54,520 nt of DNA from Gemmatimonadota bacterium (GCA_035524915.1 DATLFF010000087.1:1-54520), one strand, 5' to 3'; positions 35,411-46,316 are shown, counted from the first letter of the stretch. Made by a program: numbers and translations. Notes: generated by a model from the sequence alone, not told the origin.

Positions 35411-36664
35411 TCAGTCGGTGGAGCGGGCCGGAGGGGGCGGCGCGCCGCGCCGGAACCGGACGCGGCGGACGCGCTGGGGGGTCGCGTCGAGCACCTCGAT
35501 CCACCATCCGTCGATCGCGATCGTCTCGCCCGGCCGCGGAACGCGGCCGAACCGGCCGACGACGAGGTCGGCCACCGTGCCGGCCGTCCCGGAGGCCGCG
35601 ATGTCGCGCGCGTCGTCAATGTCGGCCAACCCCGTGTGGCCGTCAACGACGAACGCCTCCTGATCGGAAGGCTCGTCGAGCGCCTCCGCCCGAGCGTCGT
35701 GTTCGTCCCGGATCTCCCCCACCAGCTCCTCCACCAGGTCCTCCATGGTCACCATCCCGACCACCCGCCCGGACTCCGTCACGACCGCCAGGTGCCGCCG
35801 CTGGCGCTTCATCTCGACCAGCGCGTCATCGCACGGCGTCTCGGGGTCGAAGCGCACGACCGCGCGCGGCACCGGCCGGGCGTCCGGATCCAGCTTGAAC
35901 AGGTCAAAGACGTGGACCATGCCCCGTACGTCGCCCCCGTCCGCGTCCCGGATCGGGATCCGCGAGTACCCCGTCCGGCGGATGAGGGCGGTGATCGCCC
36001 CGGCGGTCGCGTCGGGCGGCGCGCTCACGATCCGCTCCGCCGGCATCATGACGGCGCCGACCGGCGTCCGCCCGAACTCGAACACGCCGGCGATGATCTC
36101 CCGTTCCGCCGGCTCCACCACCCCCACGCGCTCGCTCTCCTGCAGCAGCGCCTCGAGGTGGCGCCGGGCCTCGGTTGGATCCGCCGCCGAACGGCGCGAC
36201 CCCAGGAGACCCCGGCTCACCATGTGGGCGGCGGCGGTGAGCGGCCGGAAGAGCCAGCCCACGCGCTGGACGGCGGCGGCCACGAAGGGGAAGAGCTGGT
36301 GGGCCCGCGCCCGGGCCAGCGCCCGCGGGAGCGTCTCCCCCAGGAGGTAGAGCGGGGGGACCAGGACGAGGCAGGTCCAGGCCGCTCCGCGGAGCGCCCC
36401 GGCCGCGTCCACCGGGCCCGTGCCCGAGACGGCGCGGGCCACCAGCGCGGCCGCGAGCGTCAGGGTGAACGTCTGACCCACCAGGATCGGGGCCAGGAGC
36501 CGGAGCGGTCCGTCCACCGCCTCCTCGTCCGCCCACTCCGTGCCCCGGATCTTCTCGCGGACCCAGCGCCGGAGCCGCAGGCGCCCGACCGACACGATCG
36601 CGAGCTCCGCCAGCGCCAGAGTGGCCACCGCTACCACCGCCCCCGCCACCGCCGCCCAGATCAC
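35411..36664 (-). CDS. CNNM/CorC-family protein (DUF21-CBS pair-CorC_HlyC)
   Basis: ORF 35411..36664. N-terminal DUF21 TM region, a CBS pair and the C-terminal transporter-associated domain (IDGWWIEVLDATPQRVRRVRF). Confidence 0.88.
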   Translation of the reverse strand: MIWAAVAGAVVAVATLALAELAIVSVGRLRLRRWVREKIRGTEWADEEAVDGPLRLLAPILVGQTFTLTLAAALVARAVSGTGPVDAAGALRGAAWTCLVLVPPLYLLGETLPRALARARAHQLFPFVAAAVQRVGWLFRPLTAAAHMVSRGLLGSRRSAADPTEARRHLEALLQESERVGVVEPAEREIIAGVFEFGRTPVGAVMMPAERIVSAPPDATAGAITALIRRTGYSRIPIRDADGGDVRGMVHVFDLFKLDPDARPVPRAVVRFDPETPCDDALVEMKRQRRHLAVVTESGRVVGMVTMEDLVEELVGEIRDEHDARAEALDEPSDQEAFVVDGHTGLADIDDARDIAASGTAGTVADLVVGRFGRVPRPGETIAIDGWWIEVLDATPQRVRRVRFRRGAPPPPARSTD

Positions 36665-37932
36665 GGCGCCTCCTCCTCCTGCGCCGGGGACGATCGCGCG
36701 GCGCGAACCCGAACCACCCGGCGGTCCTCGACCGCCTCCACGACGAAGCGCCAGCCGGCCAGCTCCACCGCCTCCTCCGCCCGCGGCACGCGGCCCATCT
36801 CGCGGGCCACGATCCCGCCGATCGTCTCGACCCCTACGACTCCGATGTCGCAGCCGGTCAGCTCATTGAAGTCATCGGCGTCGAGCCGGCCGTCCAGCCG
36901 CAGCGATCCGTCGGGGAGTCGCACCGCCAGCGGCGTCTCGCGGTCGTACTCGTCCTGGATCTCCCCCACGAGCTCCTCGAGGATGTCCTCGAGGGTGACC
37001 AGCCCCGCCGTCCCCCCGTACTCGTCGGCCACGATCGCCAGATGGAGCCGCTCGCGCTGAAACTGGCGCAGGAGGTCGTCGATCGGCCGGCCCTCCGGGA
37101 CGAAGACCACCGATCGCGCCAGGTCGGCGAGCCCGACGGGTGGGGCGACCTGACCGTGAACCACCGCCAGGAGGTCCTTCGCGTAGACGACGCCGACCAC
37201 GGTGTCGAGGGTCTCCCGATAGAGCGGCACCCGCGAGAATTCCGCCTCCCGCACGGATCGGACGACTCGTTCCCACGGCGTCGACTCCTCGATCGCGAAG
37301 ACGTCCGGCCGCGGCGTCATGACCTCCCGCGCGGTCGTCTCTCCGAACGAGAAGATCGACGTGATCATCTCCCGCTCCCCGGTCTCCAGGCCGGCTCGGG
37401 CGGTGGTCTCGGCCAGCGCGGTGCGGACGTCTTCGCTGGAGATCGGTGCGGCCGCCGGTCCGGGGCCCACCGAGCGCTCCACCGCCCGTGTGACGGCTCC
37501 GGCGGCGGCCGTCACGGGCGCCGCCAGGATGAGCCAGACCCGCAGCACGGGCGCCGCCCGCCGCGCCCACGGGCCGGCCCGCTCGGTCGCCAGCGCCTTC
37601 GGCACGAGCTCGCCCGCCACCACGAGCCCGAGCGCCGCGACCACGACCGCGGCCGCCCACATTGCCCATCCCGGCCGCGGCCCGGTCCACGCCCGGGCGG
37701 CCTCCCACGCCAGCGCCGCCGTCCAGACGACCGCCAGGAGGTGGCCCAGCGCGAGGGCGTGCTGGAGCCGCTCGGGCCTCGCCAGCAGGCGCGCGGGTCC
37801 CGACGGCGCCGTCTCCGGCGGCTCGGACGGCGGGCCGGCGAGGGACAGGAACGCGGCTTCGCAGGCGGAGAAGAAGGCGGCCGCGGCGACTCCAGCGAGG
37901 GCCGCGGCCGCGAGGGTCAGGGCGATGGTCAC
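36661..37932 (-). CDS. CNNM/CorC-family protein (second tandem paralogue)
   Basis: GTG 37932 overlaps the ybeY stop as GTGA. Same DUF21-CBS-CorC_HlyC layout (FSFGETTAREVMTPRPDV, LAIVADEYGGTAGLVTLEDILEELVGEI, LAGWRFVVEAVEDRRVVRVR). Confidence 0.85.
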   Translation of the reverse strand: MTIALTLAAAALAGVAAAAFFSACEAAFLSLAGPPSEPPETAPSGPARLLARPERLQHALALGHLLAVVWTAALAWEAARAWTGPRPGWAMWAAAVVVAALGLVVAGELVPKALATERAGPWARRAAPVLRVWLILAAPVTAAAGAVTRAVERSVGPGPAAAPISSEDVRTALAETTARAGLETGEREMITSIFSFGETTAREVMTPRPDVFAIEESTPWERVVRSVREAEFSRVPLYRETLDTVVGVVYAKDLLAVVHGQVAPPVGLADLARSVVFVPEGRPIDDLLRQFQRERLHLAIVADEYGGTAGLVTLEDILEELVGEIQDEYDRETPLAVRLPDGSLRLDGRLDADDFNELTGCDIGVVGVETIGGIVAREMGRVPRAEEAVELAGWRFVVEAVEDRRVVRVRAARSSPAQEEEAP

Positions 37933-38369
37933 GGGTCCTGGGGAAGCACGCGCTCCACCCAGGCTTCCTGGCGATCGATCATCCGCCGCTCGCCGGACGC
38001 GGTGTCGTGCTCGTGGCCCGCCAGGTGGAGGGTGCCGTGGACGAACAGCCGCCACACCTCGCGCGCCAGGGTCTCGCCGCGCTCGGCGGCCTGCTCGGCG
38101 GCTCGCTCGAGCGAGACGTACACGTCGCCCAGGGCGCCGCCCGTCGTGACGGGGTCGTAGGGAAACGCCAGCACGTCGGTGGGCCCGGGCTTGCCGCGGA
38201 AGCGCTCGTTCAGCTCCGTCATCTCGGCGTCGTCCGTGAGCACGCAGTGCACCTCACCCGCATCGATCCCTCCCGCCTCGCGGAGAACCCGCTCCAGCGC
38301 GCCCGACGGGAAAGGATCCAGCTCAGGTGGGGGCGCGACCGACGCGTGGAATCGGATCCGCGGCGCCAT
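37929..38369 (-). CDS. ybeY: rRNA maturation RNase YbeY
   Basis: ATG 38369 is preceded by GGAGGAGG. Motifs LNERFRGKPGPTDVLAFPY and HGTLHLAGHEHD (zinc-binding H..H.....H). Overlaps the 3' end of the upstream gene by 47 nt. Confidence 0.88.
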   Translation of the reverse strand: MAPRIRFHASVAPPPELDPFPSGALERVLREAGGIDAGEVHCVLTDDAEMTELNERFRGKPGPTDVLAFPYDPVTTGGALGDVYVSLERAAEQAAERGETLAREVWRLFVHGTLHLAGHEHDTASGERRMIDRQEAWVERVLPQDP

Positions 38370-40574
38370 CCTCCTCCGCCGGCTGGGAGGTCGAGGTGGG
38401 ATACTCGATCCGGTGGTGATGGATGCCGGAGAGGACGGCCACGAAGTGCTCCTCCATGACCGCCAGGTCACGGAAGGTGAGGGCCGCCTGCTCCAGCTGT
38501 CGCTCCTCGAGCTTCATCTGGACGATCCGGCGGACGACCTCGCGGAACCGGTCCGGCGACGGGTCGCGGACGAGCCGGCTGGCCGCCTCCACCGAGTCCG
38601 CCAGCATCACCATCGCCGTCTCCTTGGTCCGCGGCACGGGGCCCGGATAGTGGAATTCGTCGGGCGACCCGATGTCGCGTCCCTGTTCCGCCGCCTTGTG
38701 CCAGAAGTACGTGAGGGGGGTCGTGCCGTGGTGCTCCCGGATGAAGTCCACCACCACGTCGGGCAGGCCCGCCGCGGAGGCCATGTCCACGCCGTCGGTC
38801 ACGTGCCGGATCACGATCCGCGCGCTCGCCCGCGGGGGCAGCGCGTCGTGGGGGTTCACCCCCTGGCGCTGATTCTCGACGAAGTACTCGGGGCATTCCA
38901 TCTTGCCGATGTCATGGTAGTAGGCGCCGACCCGGGCCAGCAGCGAGTTGGCGCCGATCCCATCGGCGGCGGACTCCGCCAGGTTCCCCACAATGATCGA
39001 GTGGTGGTACGTGCCGGGGGCTTCCAGCTGGAGCCGCTTCAGGAGCGGCCGGTTCAGGTCCGCCAGCTCGAGCAGGGTCAGGTCGGTGGTGCGGCCCGAG
39101 GCCCATTCGAGGATCGGCAGGAGGCCCATGGCGAAGAAGACCGCCAGGGCGGCCGAGAGCGCCCCCCACGAGAGCCCCTGCGCCGCGTCGCCCCAACCCC
39201 AGAGCCGCATGAGCGCCAGCGCGCCGATGGCGACGGAATGACCGGCCACGACGAACAGCAGCGACTCGTAAAAGTGCGTCCGACGGCGGATGCGCCGGAC
39301 GCTCCAGGCCCCCGCGAGGCCGCCCAGGACGCCCGTCCACAGGAGCGGGAATCCGAGCTCCCCCTGCGAGCCGAGGTAGACCGCCAGGAACAGCGTGGTC
39401 ACGGCCGACAGCCGCGTGTCCCACAGCACCGCCACCAGCACCGACGCCAGCGCGACCGGCACCGCGTAGGACGGCACCGCCTCGACCCGGTCGGCGAACG
39501 ACGCCAGCACGACCAGGAGGGCCCAGATCGCTCCCATGACCCCCACCGACCGCAGACTGTCGAACACGTCGCGGCGGTAGGAGAAGAGGTAGAACCCGAA
39601 CAGGAACAGCAGCGCCGCCGCCAGCGCGAACCGGCCCATCCCCGCGCGCAGGTCCTCGGGTGTGGGCCCGCTCCGCCGGTCTTCGATCTCGCCCTGGAGC
39701 GCCCGCACCTTGGCCTCCTGCTCGGGGGTGACCCGCGTGCGGGCCGCCACGATCAGCTCCCCCGACAGGACCTCGCCGGCGATCGGCGACACCGCGGCCC
39801 GCGCCTCGCTCCGGCGCAGCGCGGTCAGGGAGGGCTGGGGCCGCAGGTTGGGCGGCATGACGGCCGGCAGAAGCTGCAGGGCCAGCGTCTCCAGCTCGTC
39901 GTCCAGCGTGCGCCCCTGTGCCGAGAGGCCGGGCACGTCCGCGCCGGGGCTGAGCGCGAAAAGCGCCGAGCGAGGCACGAACTCCTCCTCCCGGTCCGGG
40001 CCCTGCAGCGCGATCTGGGCGCTCGCGATGCCCGCCAGCTCCGCCGCCGGCAGGAACCATGTCTCGCGGTAGACCCCCGGCAGCGCCCGTGCGGCGAACT
40101 CCCGCAGGCGCTCGCGGACGGCGGGGTCCTGAAGCCGCCGCAGCTCGGCGGGACGGAGTCCCGGATCGCGGCCCCCCACCCGGTCCAGCGGCTCGACCGG
40201 CTCCTCCCCCTCCGATACCGCCTCCGCCCGCGCCAGGTAGGCGTCGAGCCGGGCCAGCGCGGAGTCCGCGGCAGCGGGCACGGCGACATACACCGGCGGC
40301 ACGGTGAGGGCGGCCTGCTCCTGCCGCCGCGCCAGCTCCTGCTCTTCGCGCGGCACGGCGAAGTCGAAAGGCGCGATCACGTCCTCGGTCGCCACCGTAC
40401 CCGCGCGGACCGGCGGCACGTCGTGCCCGCCGCGCGGGGGGAAGAGGACCAGCGTCAGGAGCGCCACCGCCCCCACCACGGCGACCCGCCATGCCAGGTC
40501 GACCGGCGCGGTCGGGTCGCCGGACGGCTCCAGCCGCGCCAGCCGCTCCCTCAGTCCGCGGGCCCGTCCCGAGC

Positions 40575-40578
<4 letters not shown>
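38323..40578 (-). CDS. 7TM receptor with intracellular HD hydrolase domain (PgpH/YqfF-like)
   Basis: ORF 38323..40578. Extracellular N-domain, 7 TM segments and an HD-GYP-type HD domain (YHHSIIVGNLAESAA...GAYYHDIGKM...REHHGT). GTG 40578 overlaps the phoH stop as GTGA. Confidence 0.88.
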
Positions 40579-41579
<1,001 letters not shown>

Positions 41580-41617
41580 CGACTCGGTCACAGAGTCTAC
41601 GCGGGGGGGACGGGGCG

Positions 41618-43429
41618 TCAAGCCGGATCGACGGGGGACGTCACCCGGATATGGAGCTCGGCCAGATCGGCCTCGTCCACTCGTGAGGGGGCCCCCTCGA
41701 GGAGCGCGCTGGCGCTCGTCGTCTTGGGGAACGCGATCACCTCGCGCAGGCTCGTGCCGCCGGCGAAGAGCATGGCCGTGCGGTCGAGCCCGGCGGCGAA
41801 GCCCCCGTGGGGCGGCGCGCCGTACTCGAACGCCTCGAGCAGGAAGCCGAACTTCTGCCGAGCCTCGTCGGCGTCGATGCCGAGCAGCTCGAACACCCGT
41901 TCCTGCACGGCGCGCTGGTGGATCCGGATCGAGCCGCCGCCCAGCTCGTAGCCGTTGAGGACCAGGTCGTAGGCCTCGGCCCGGATCGACAGCGGGTCTT
42001 CCGCGGCCAGGGCCTCCAGGCCGCCGACCGGCGCGGTGAACGGGTGGTGGCTCGGCGTGATGCCGCCTCCGGAGTCCTCCTCGAAGAGTGGGAAGTCGAG
42101 CACCCAGAGCGGGCGCCAGGTCCCCTCCTCGATCCAGCCCCGCTCCCGCGCCAGGTGGACCCGCAGCGCGCCGGCCGCCCGCCGGGCCCGGTCGGTGCGG
42201 TCGGCGACCGCGAGGATCAGGTCGCCGGGCCCGGCCCCGGCGGCCTCCCCCGCCCGCGTCCAGCGCTCCGGCTCCACGAACTTGTCGATCGAGGAGACCC
42301 ACCCGTCCTCCGCGCGGCGCGCCCAGACGAGACCCTGGGCCCCGCCGGCCCGCGCGGCGTCGGTCCAGCGGTCGATCACGCTCCTCGAGGCTCCCGCGCC
42401 GCCGGGCACCCGCAACCCGACCACGCTGCCCCCGGCGGCGACGATCGAGTCGAACACCCGGAAGCCGGTCTCGCGGAAGTTCTCCGTCAGGTCGACCAGC
42501 TCGTGGGGGATCCGGAGGTCCGGCTTGTCGCTGCCGAACCGCCGCATCGTCTCCTCCCACGAAAGCCGGGGGATCTCCCCGACCTCGACGTCCAGCACGG
42601 CGCGGAAGAGATGCCGGTAGAGTCCGCTCATCGTCTCGATCACGTCGTCCCGCTCGACGAAGGCCATCTCCACGTCGATCTGGGTGAACTCGGGCTGGCG
42701 GTCGGCGCGCAGGTCCTCGTCCCGGAAGCAGCGCGCGATCTGGAAGTAGCGGTCGAAGCCGGCGACCATCAGGAGCTGCTTGTAGATCTGCGGAGACTGC
42801 GGGAGCGCGTAGAACCGTCCGGGATGCACGCGGGAGGGCACCAGGTAGTCCCGCGCCCCCTCGGGGGTCCGGCGGGTCAGCATGGGGGTCTCGATCTCCC
42901 AGAATCCGCGGCCGTCGAGCCACGCGCGCGTCTCCATCGTCAGCCGGTGGCGCACGCCGAAGGCGGCCGCCACGCCCGGGCGCCGGAGCTCGAGGTAGCG
43001 GTGCCGGAGCCGCAGCTCCTCGGACACCTCGCCCCCCTCCTTGTCCACGTCGACCGGGAAGGGCGGGGTCGCCGCCTCGGCCAGGAGACGGCAGTCGGTC
43101 AGCCGCACTTCGACCTCGCCGGAGTCGAGCTCGGGGTTCACGCTGTCGGCGGGCCGGGCGGTCACCTCGCCCTGCACCCGCACCACGTGCTCGGCGCGGA
43201 GGCCCTCGACCACCCCGTAGGCCGCCTCCGGCAGCCGGTCGGGGTCGGCCACACACTGGACGATCCCCCACCGGTCGCGCAGGTCGATGAACACCAGGCC
43301 CCCGTGGTCCCGCCGCCGGTGGACCCAGCCGCAGAGCGCCACGTCGCGCCCCGCGTCGGCCGCGCGCAGGGTCCCCGCTCCGCCGGTCCTCATTGCGGTC
43401 GCCAGACGATCCTCCGACCGGTCGGTCAT
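41618..43429 (-). CDS. aspS: aspartate--tRNA ligase
   Basis: OB-fold N-terminus (LCGWVHRRRDHGGLVFIDLRDRWG) and class II motifs (FWEIETPML, FYALPQSPQ, FQIARCFRDEDLRADRQPEFTQID, GGGSIRIH). ATG 43429 overlaps the VanZ stop as ATGA. ATG 43393 is an alternative start. Confidence 0.93.
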   Translation of the reverse strand: MTDRSEDRLATAMRTGGAGTLRAADAGRDVALCGWVHRRRDHGGLVFIDLRDRWGIVQCVADPDRLPEAAYGVVEGLRAEHVVRVQGEVTARPADSVNPELDSGEVEVRLTDCRLLAEAATPPFPVDVDKEGGEVSEELRLRHRYLELRRPGVAAAFGVRHRLTMETRAWLDGRGFWEIETPMLTRRTPEGARDYLVPSRVHPGRFYALPQSPQIYKQLLMVAGFDRYFQIARCFRDEDLRADRQPEFTQIDVEMAFVERDDVIETMSGLYRHLFRAVLDVEVGEIPRLSWEETMRRFGSDKPDLRIPHELVDLTENFRETGFRVFDSIVAAGGSVVGLRVPGGAGASRSVIDRWTDAARAGGAQGLVWARRAEDGWVSSIDKFVEPERWTRAGEAAGAGPGDLILAVADRTDRARRAAGALRVHLARERGWIEEGTWRPLWVLDFPLFEEDSGGGITPSHHPFTAPVGGLEALAAEDPLSIRAEAYDLVLNGYELGGGSIRIHQRAVQERVFELLGIDADEARQKFGFLLEAFEYGAPPHGGFAAGLDRTAMLFAGGTSLREVIAFPKTTSASALLEGAPSRVDEADLAELHIRVTSPVDPA

Positions 43430-43845
43430 CCCCCCTCCGTCCGATTCGTGCGCCTTCGCGCCAGCCACCAGCCGGCCGCTCCGATCACCGCCCCCACCAG
43501 GTCCGCCACCCAGTCCGCCAGCGAGGGCGTGCGCGGGAAGAACGATTGGATCCACTCGACGACGGCCCCGTAGGAGATCCCCAGCGCGGCGCCGCGGACC
43601 GCCGCGACTCCCGACCCCGCCCCGGTCGCCGACCAGGCCGCCGCGCCGAGGACGGCCAGCAGTCCATAGAACGCCGCGTGCACCCACTTGTCGATCCCGA
43701 GGGGAACGCGGATCCAGCCGGCTCCCTCGATCGGCAGCGCCGACAGCACGACGATCGCCAGCATCCATGCGAGGACCGCGGCCCAGGCGACCTTCGCGCC
43801 CCGGACCGCGGAGGAAGGCGAGTATATCCCCCCCGACTCCCTCAA
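43426..43845 (-). CDS. VanZ-like family membrane protein
   Basis: C-terminal part of track ORF 43426..44679, with VanZ-like TM segments (GIDKWVHAAFYGLLAVL, GISYGAVVEWIQSFFPRTPSLADWVADLVGAVIG). TTG 43845 overlaps the upstream stop as TTGA (inferred start). ATG 43761 (MLAIVV...) is the alternative. Confidence 0.62.
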   Translation of the reverse strand: MRESGGIYSPSSAVRGAKVAWAAVLAWMLAIVVLSALPIEGAGWIRVPLGIDKWVHAAFYGLLAVLGAAAWSATGAGSGVAAVRGAALGISYGAVVEWIQSFFPRTPSLADWVADLVGAVIGAAGWWLARRRTNRTEGG

Positions 43846-44708
43846 TACAACCGCTCGGCACGGGTCCGCAGCACCTGCCGGCTGGGGATCTCGACCGGGG
43901 GGCCGGAGGCATCCGACAGGCGGAGGGTCGAGTCCAGCGACTGCTCCTGCTCGTGGAGCGCGAACAGTCGCTCGGCGGGATCGTAGAGGTAATGGCCCGC
44001 CAGCTCGCCGGCCCCGCGGAGGGTCACGCGGGAGCCCTCGATCGTTCCCGCGCCGTCCACTTCGATCCGGCCCCGGTACTCGACCGGGACCATCGGCCGA
44101 CCGGCCCACGATACGGTGTCGCGGACGGTGAACGTCACGATCGTCCGCACCTCGGCCGTCACCCCCTGCAGAATCTCGGTCACCGAAAGGGTGTCGGTCC
44201 ACGAGGCGCCCTGGGTCGCGCGGCCCCCCGGCAGATGCGGCAGGAACGCCGCCGCGGCCCGCTCCACGTACTGGGCCCCGATGCCGGCCGTCACGACTCC
44301 GCTCGCGAGCGCGTCCAGCACCTGTCCCCGGGGCGTGGTGGCCAGCGTCACGACGGTCCCGCGCAAGGCCTCCGCCCGGGGAGTGGGGAAGGCCCCCTCG
44401 ATGCGGAGCGCCAGCTCGTCGTAGCCGAGCCGCCACAGCATGCGGGCGCCCCCGTCCAGGAGGGTCAGCCGAACGACCCCGCTGGACTCGAGCGCGTAGT
44501 GGTTCTCCCGCTCCAGCACGGTCTGCGAGACGGTCAGGAGGTTGCGGGTCTGGTAGAGGGCCGAGGCGCCGGGCTCCGGCGCGTAGATCAGTCCCTGGCC
44601 GTCGGCGGGGGCGGCGGCCCACGTCAGGGCCGCCGCCACACCCGCGGTCAGCAGTCCGTGCCGCAGCAGTCGAGCACACGGCGCGCGTAGCCCGTCGTGG
44701 GGACCCAC
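43842..44708 (-). CDS. hypothetical secreted protein
   Basis: C-terminal part of track ORF 43842..45155. GTG 44708 gives a signal-like N-terminus (..ARLLRHGLLTAGVAAALTWAAAPADGQ). The body looks beta-rich and I recognise no family. The start is uncertain and would overlap the SLT gene by 61 nt. Confidence 0.5.
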   Translation of the reverse strand: MGPHDGLRAPCARLLRHGLLTAGVAAALTWAAAPADGQGLIYAPEPGASALYQTRNLLTVSQTVLERENHYALESSGVVRLTLLDGGARMLWRLGYDELALRIEGAFPTPRAEALRGTVVTLATTPRGQVLDALASGVVTAGIGAQYVERAAAAFLPHLPGGRATQGASWTDTLSVTEILQGVTAEVRTIVTFTVRDTVSWAGRPMVPVEYRGRIEVDGAGTIEGSRVTLRGAGELAGHYLYDPAERLFALHEQEQSLDSTLRLSDASGPPVEIPSRQVLRTRAERLY

Positions 44709-45064
44709 CCCCGGGCCAGCGCCGCGGCGTCGATCCGGCCGTAGGCCCGCGCCACGGACGGCTTGATCTGCATCAGCCCGATCTCGCCCTGCCGACCGAC
44801 CGCACCAGGGTCGAAGCCGCTCTCGGCCTCCACCACCGCGAAGACTATCCCCGGGGGGAGGCCCTGTCGGAGCACCTCGGCGTGGATCAGCGCCGCCAGG
44901 CGCGGGGGCGCGCCGAAGCGCGTGGCGTAGGCCTCCACCGTGGAGTCCGGGACGGCCGCGAATTCCCGGTGAGCGGCTCCCCGCGCGTCCGTCTTTCCCA
45001 CCAGCGGGGGCCCGGCGAGCAGCGCGATCGCCGCTCCTATCCGGCACAGCGTCTTCATATCCAT
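44648..45064 (-). CDS. lytic transglycosylase (SLT) domain protein, short
   Basis: ORF 44648..45064. Signal peptide MDMKTLCRIGAAIALLAG and SLT catalytic motifs VVEAESGFDPGAV and GEIGLMQI. The protein ends about 35 aa after GLMQ. Confidence 0.72.
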   Translation of the reverse strand: MDMKTLCRIGAAIALLAGPPLVGKTDARGAAHREFAAVPDSTVEAYATRFGAPPRLAALIHAEVLRQGLPPGIVFAVVEAESGFDPGAVGRQGEIGLMQIKPSVARAYGRIDAAALARGWVPTTGYARRVLDCCGTDC

Positions 45065-45110
45065 GATCTCGCTCTTCCCGTCTATCGTTCATCGCCATCC
45101 GGCTACCTAT

Positions 45111-45139
45111 GCAAAAAGAGACCGGGTCGCACCGGTCTC
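45111..45139 (-). terminator. orphan intrinsic-terminator-like hairpin upstream of the SLT gene
   Basis: Minus strand has a perfect 8-bp stem GAGACCGG/CCGGTCTC with a 6-nt loop, followed by TTTTTGC. It lies about 48 nt upstream of ATG 45064. Confidence 0.45.
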
Positions 45140-45204
45140 GCCCGTAAATGTTCACATCGCCGATCGAGTGACTGTCGTACCCCGTACAACCAGCGGTGTT
45201 CGCC

Positions 45205-45234
45205 TTGACATGCTTTCTCGGGCCCGGGTAGATT
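45205..45234 (+). promoter_or_regulatory. putative sigma70-type promoter of the tRNA-Gly/tRNA-Cys unit
   Basis: Consensus -35 TTGACA (45205-45210), an 18-nt spacer, then TAGATT (45229-45234), about 36 nt upstream of the tRNA-Gly 5' end. Confidence 0.5.
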
Positions 45235-45270
45235 CACACCGGTTTCGCGACCCTCAAGGGGGCGCGCCGA

Positions 45271-45346
<76 letters not shown>

Positions 45347-45404
45347 TCTCTTCGACGCGAGGCCCTTCCGGACCGGGAGGGCTTTCGCGTTCCGGGCACG
45401 CCGG

Positions 45405-45479
<75 letters not shown>

Positions 45480-45494
45480 TTCCCTCCCGCCCCC

Positions 45495-46316
45495 TCAATC
45501 CACGAACAGGTCGTCCGCCGGCTCGGTGCCCGGGTCGAGCGCGTAGCCCGACAGGTCGGTGACGCCCGCCTCGGCGAGGACCTCTTCGTCGAGGAAGAAC
45601 CGTCCCGTCGTCGAACGGCTGTCTCGCGTGAGCAGGTGCCAGGCGGCCTCCGCTACTACATCTGGAGTACGACACTGGGCGGGCCGCACCCGACCCCTCA
45701 GCCCTCGCAACGCCGCCGTGGCGATCACCGTCCGCGGCCACAGGGCGTTGACCGCGATCCCGCGCTCGCGCAGCTCCTCGGCCAGGCCCAGCACGCACAT
45801 GCTCATCCCGTACTTCGAGATCGTGTAGGCCAGGTGGGGCGCGAAGAAGCGCGGCTCCATCCGGAGCGGCGGTGACAGGGTCAGGATGTGGGGGTTGTCG
45901 CTCCGCTCGAGCCACGGGATGCATGCACGGGAGCACAGGAAGGCGGCCCTCGCGTTCACCGCCTGCATGAGGTCGTAGCGCTTCATCGGAGTGTCCAGCG
46001 TGCCGGCCAGGTGGATGGCCCCCGCGTTCACCACCAGGGCGTCGATCCCGCCGAACGCCTCCACCGCGCTCGCCACGGCCGCGTCCACCTGCTCCTCGCT
46101 GCGCACGTCCACCCGGACGGGCAGGGCCCGCCCGCCCGCGGCCTCGACCTCCGCCGCAACGGTGTGGATGGTGCCGGGGAGCTCCGGATGGGGCTCGTCG
46201 GACTTGGCCGCCACGACCACCGCCGCTCCGTCGGCCGCGGCCCGGAGCGCGATCGCCCGCCCGATGCCCCGGCTGCCCCCCGTCACGAACACAGTCCTGC
46301 CCGCCAGGTCGCCCAC
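45495..46316 (-). CDS. SDR family oxidoreductase
   Basis: ORF 45495..46316. Cofactor motif VTGGSRGIGRAIA, then NAGA and the catalytic YTISKYG (YxxxK). Confidence 0.88.
   Translation of the reverse strand: MGDLAGRTVFVTGGSRGIGRAIALRAAADGAAVVVAAKSDEPHPELPGTIHTVAAEVEAAGGRALPVRVDVRSEEQVDAAVASAVEAFGGIDALVVNAGAIHLAGTLDTPMKRYDLMQAVNARAAFLCSRACIPWLERSDNPHILTLSPPLRMEPRFFAPHLAYTISKYGMSMCVLGLAEELRERGIAVNALWPRTVIATAALRGLRGRVRPAQCRTPDVVAEAAWHLLTRDSRSTTGRFFLDEEVLAEAGVTDLSGYALDPGTEPADDLFVD

Noticed and set aside
43393-43429. Alternative aspS start at ATG 43393 (MRTGGAGTLR..., resembling the usual AspRS N-terminus).
   Set aside because: This start remains possible. However, ATG 43429 forms the ATGA overlap with the VanZ stop and follows GGAGGGG, matching the coupling pattern seen throughout the window, so I kept 43429.
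44645-44650. Possible selenocysteine read-through of the SLT gene's TGA (the protein ends ...CCGTDC-TGA and selB is nearby).
   Set aside because: Reading through the TGA hits another stop after only 7 codons, and the added residues look like no known domain. I saw no SECIS-like hairpin.
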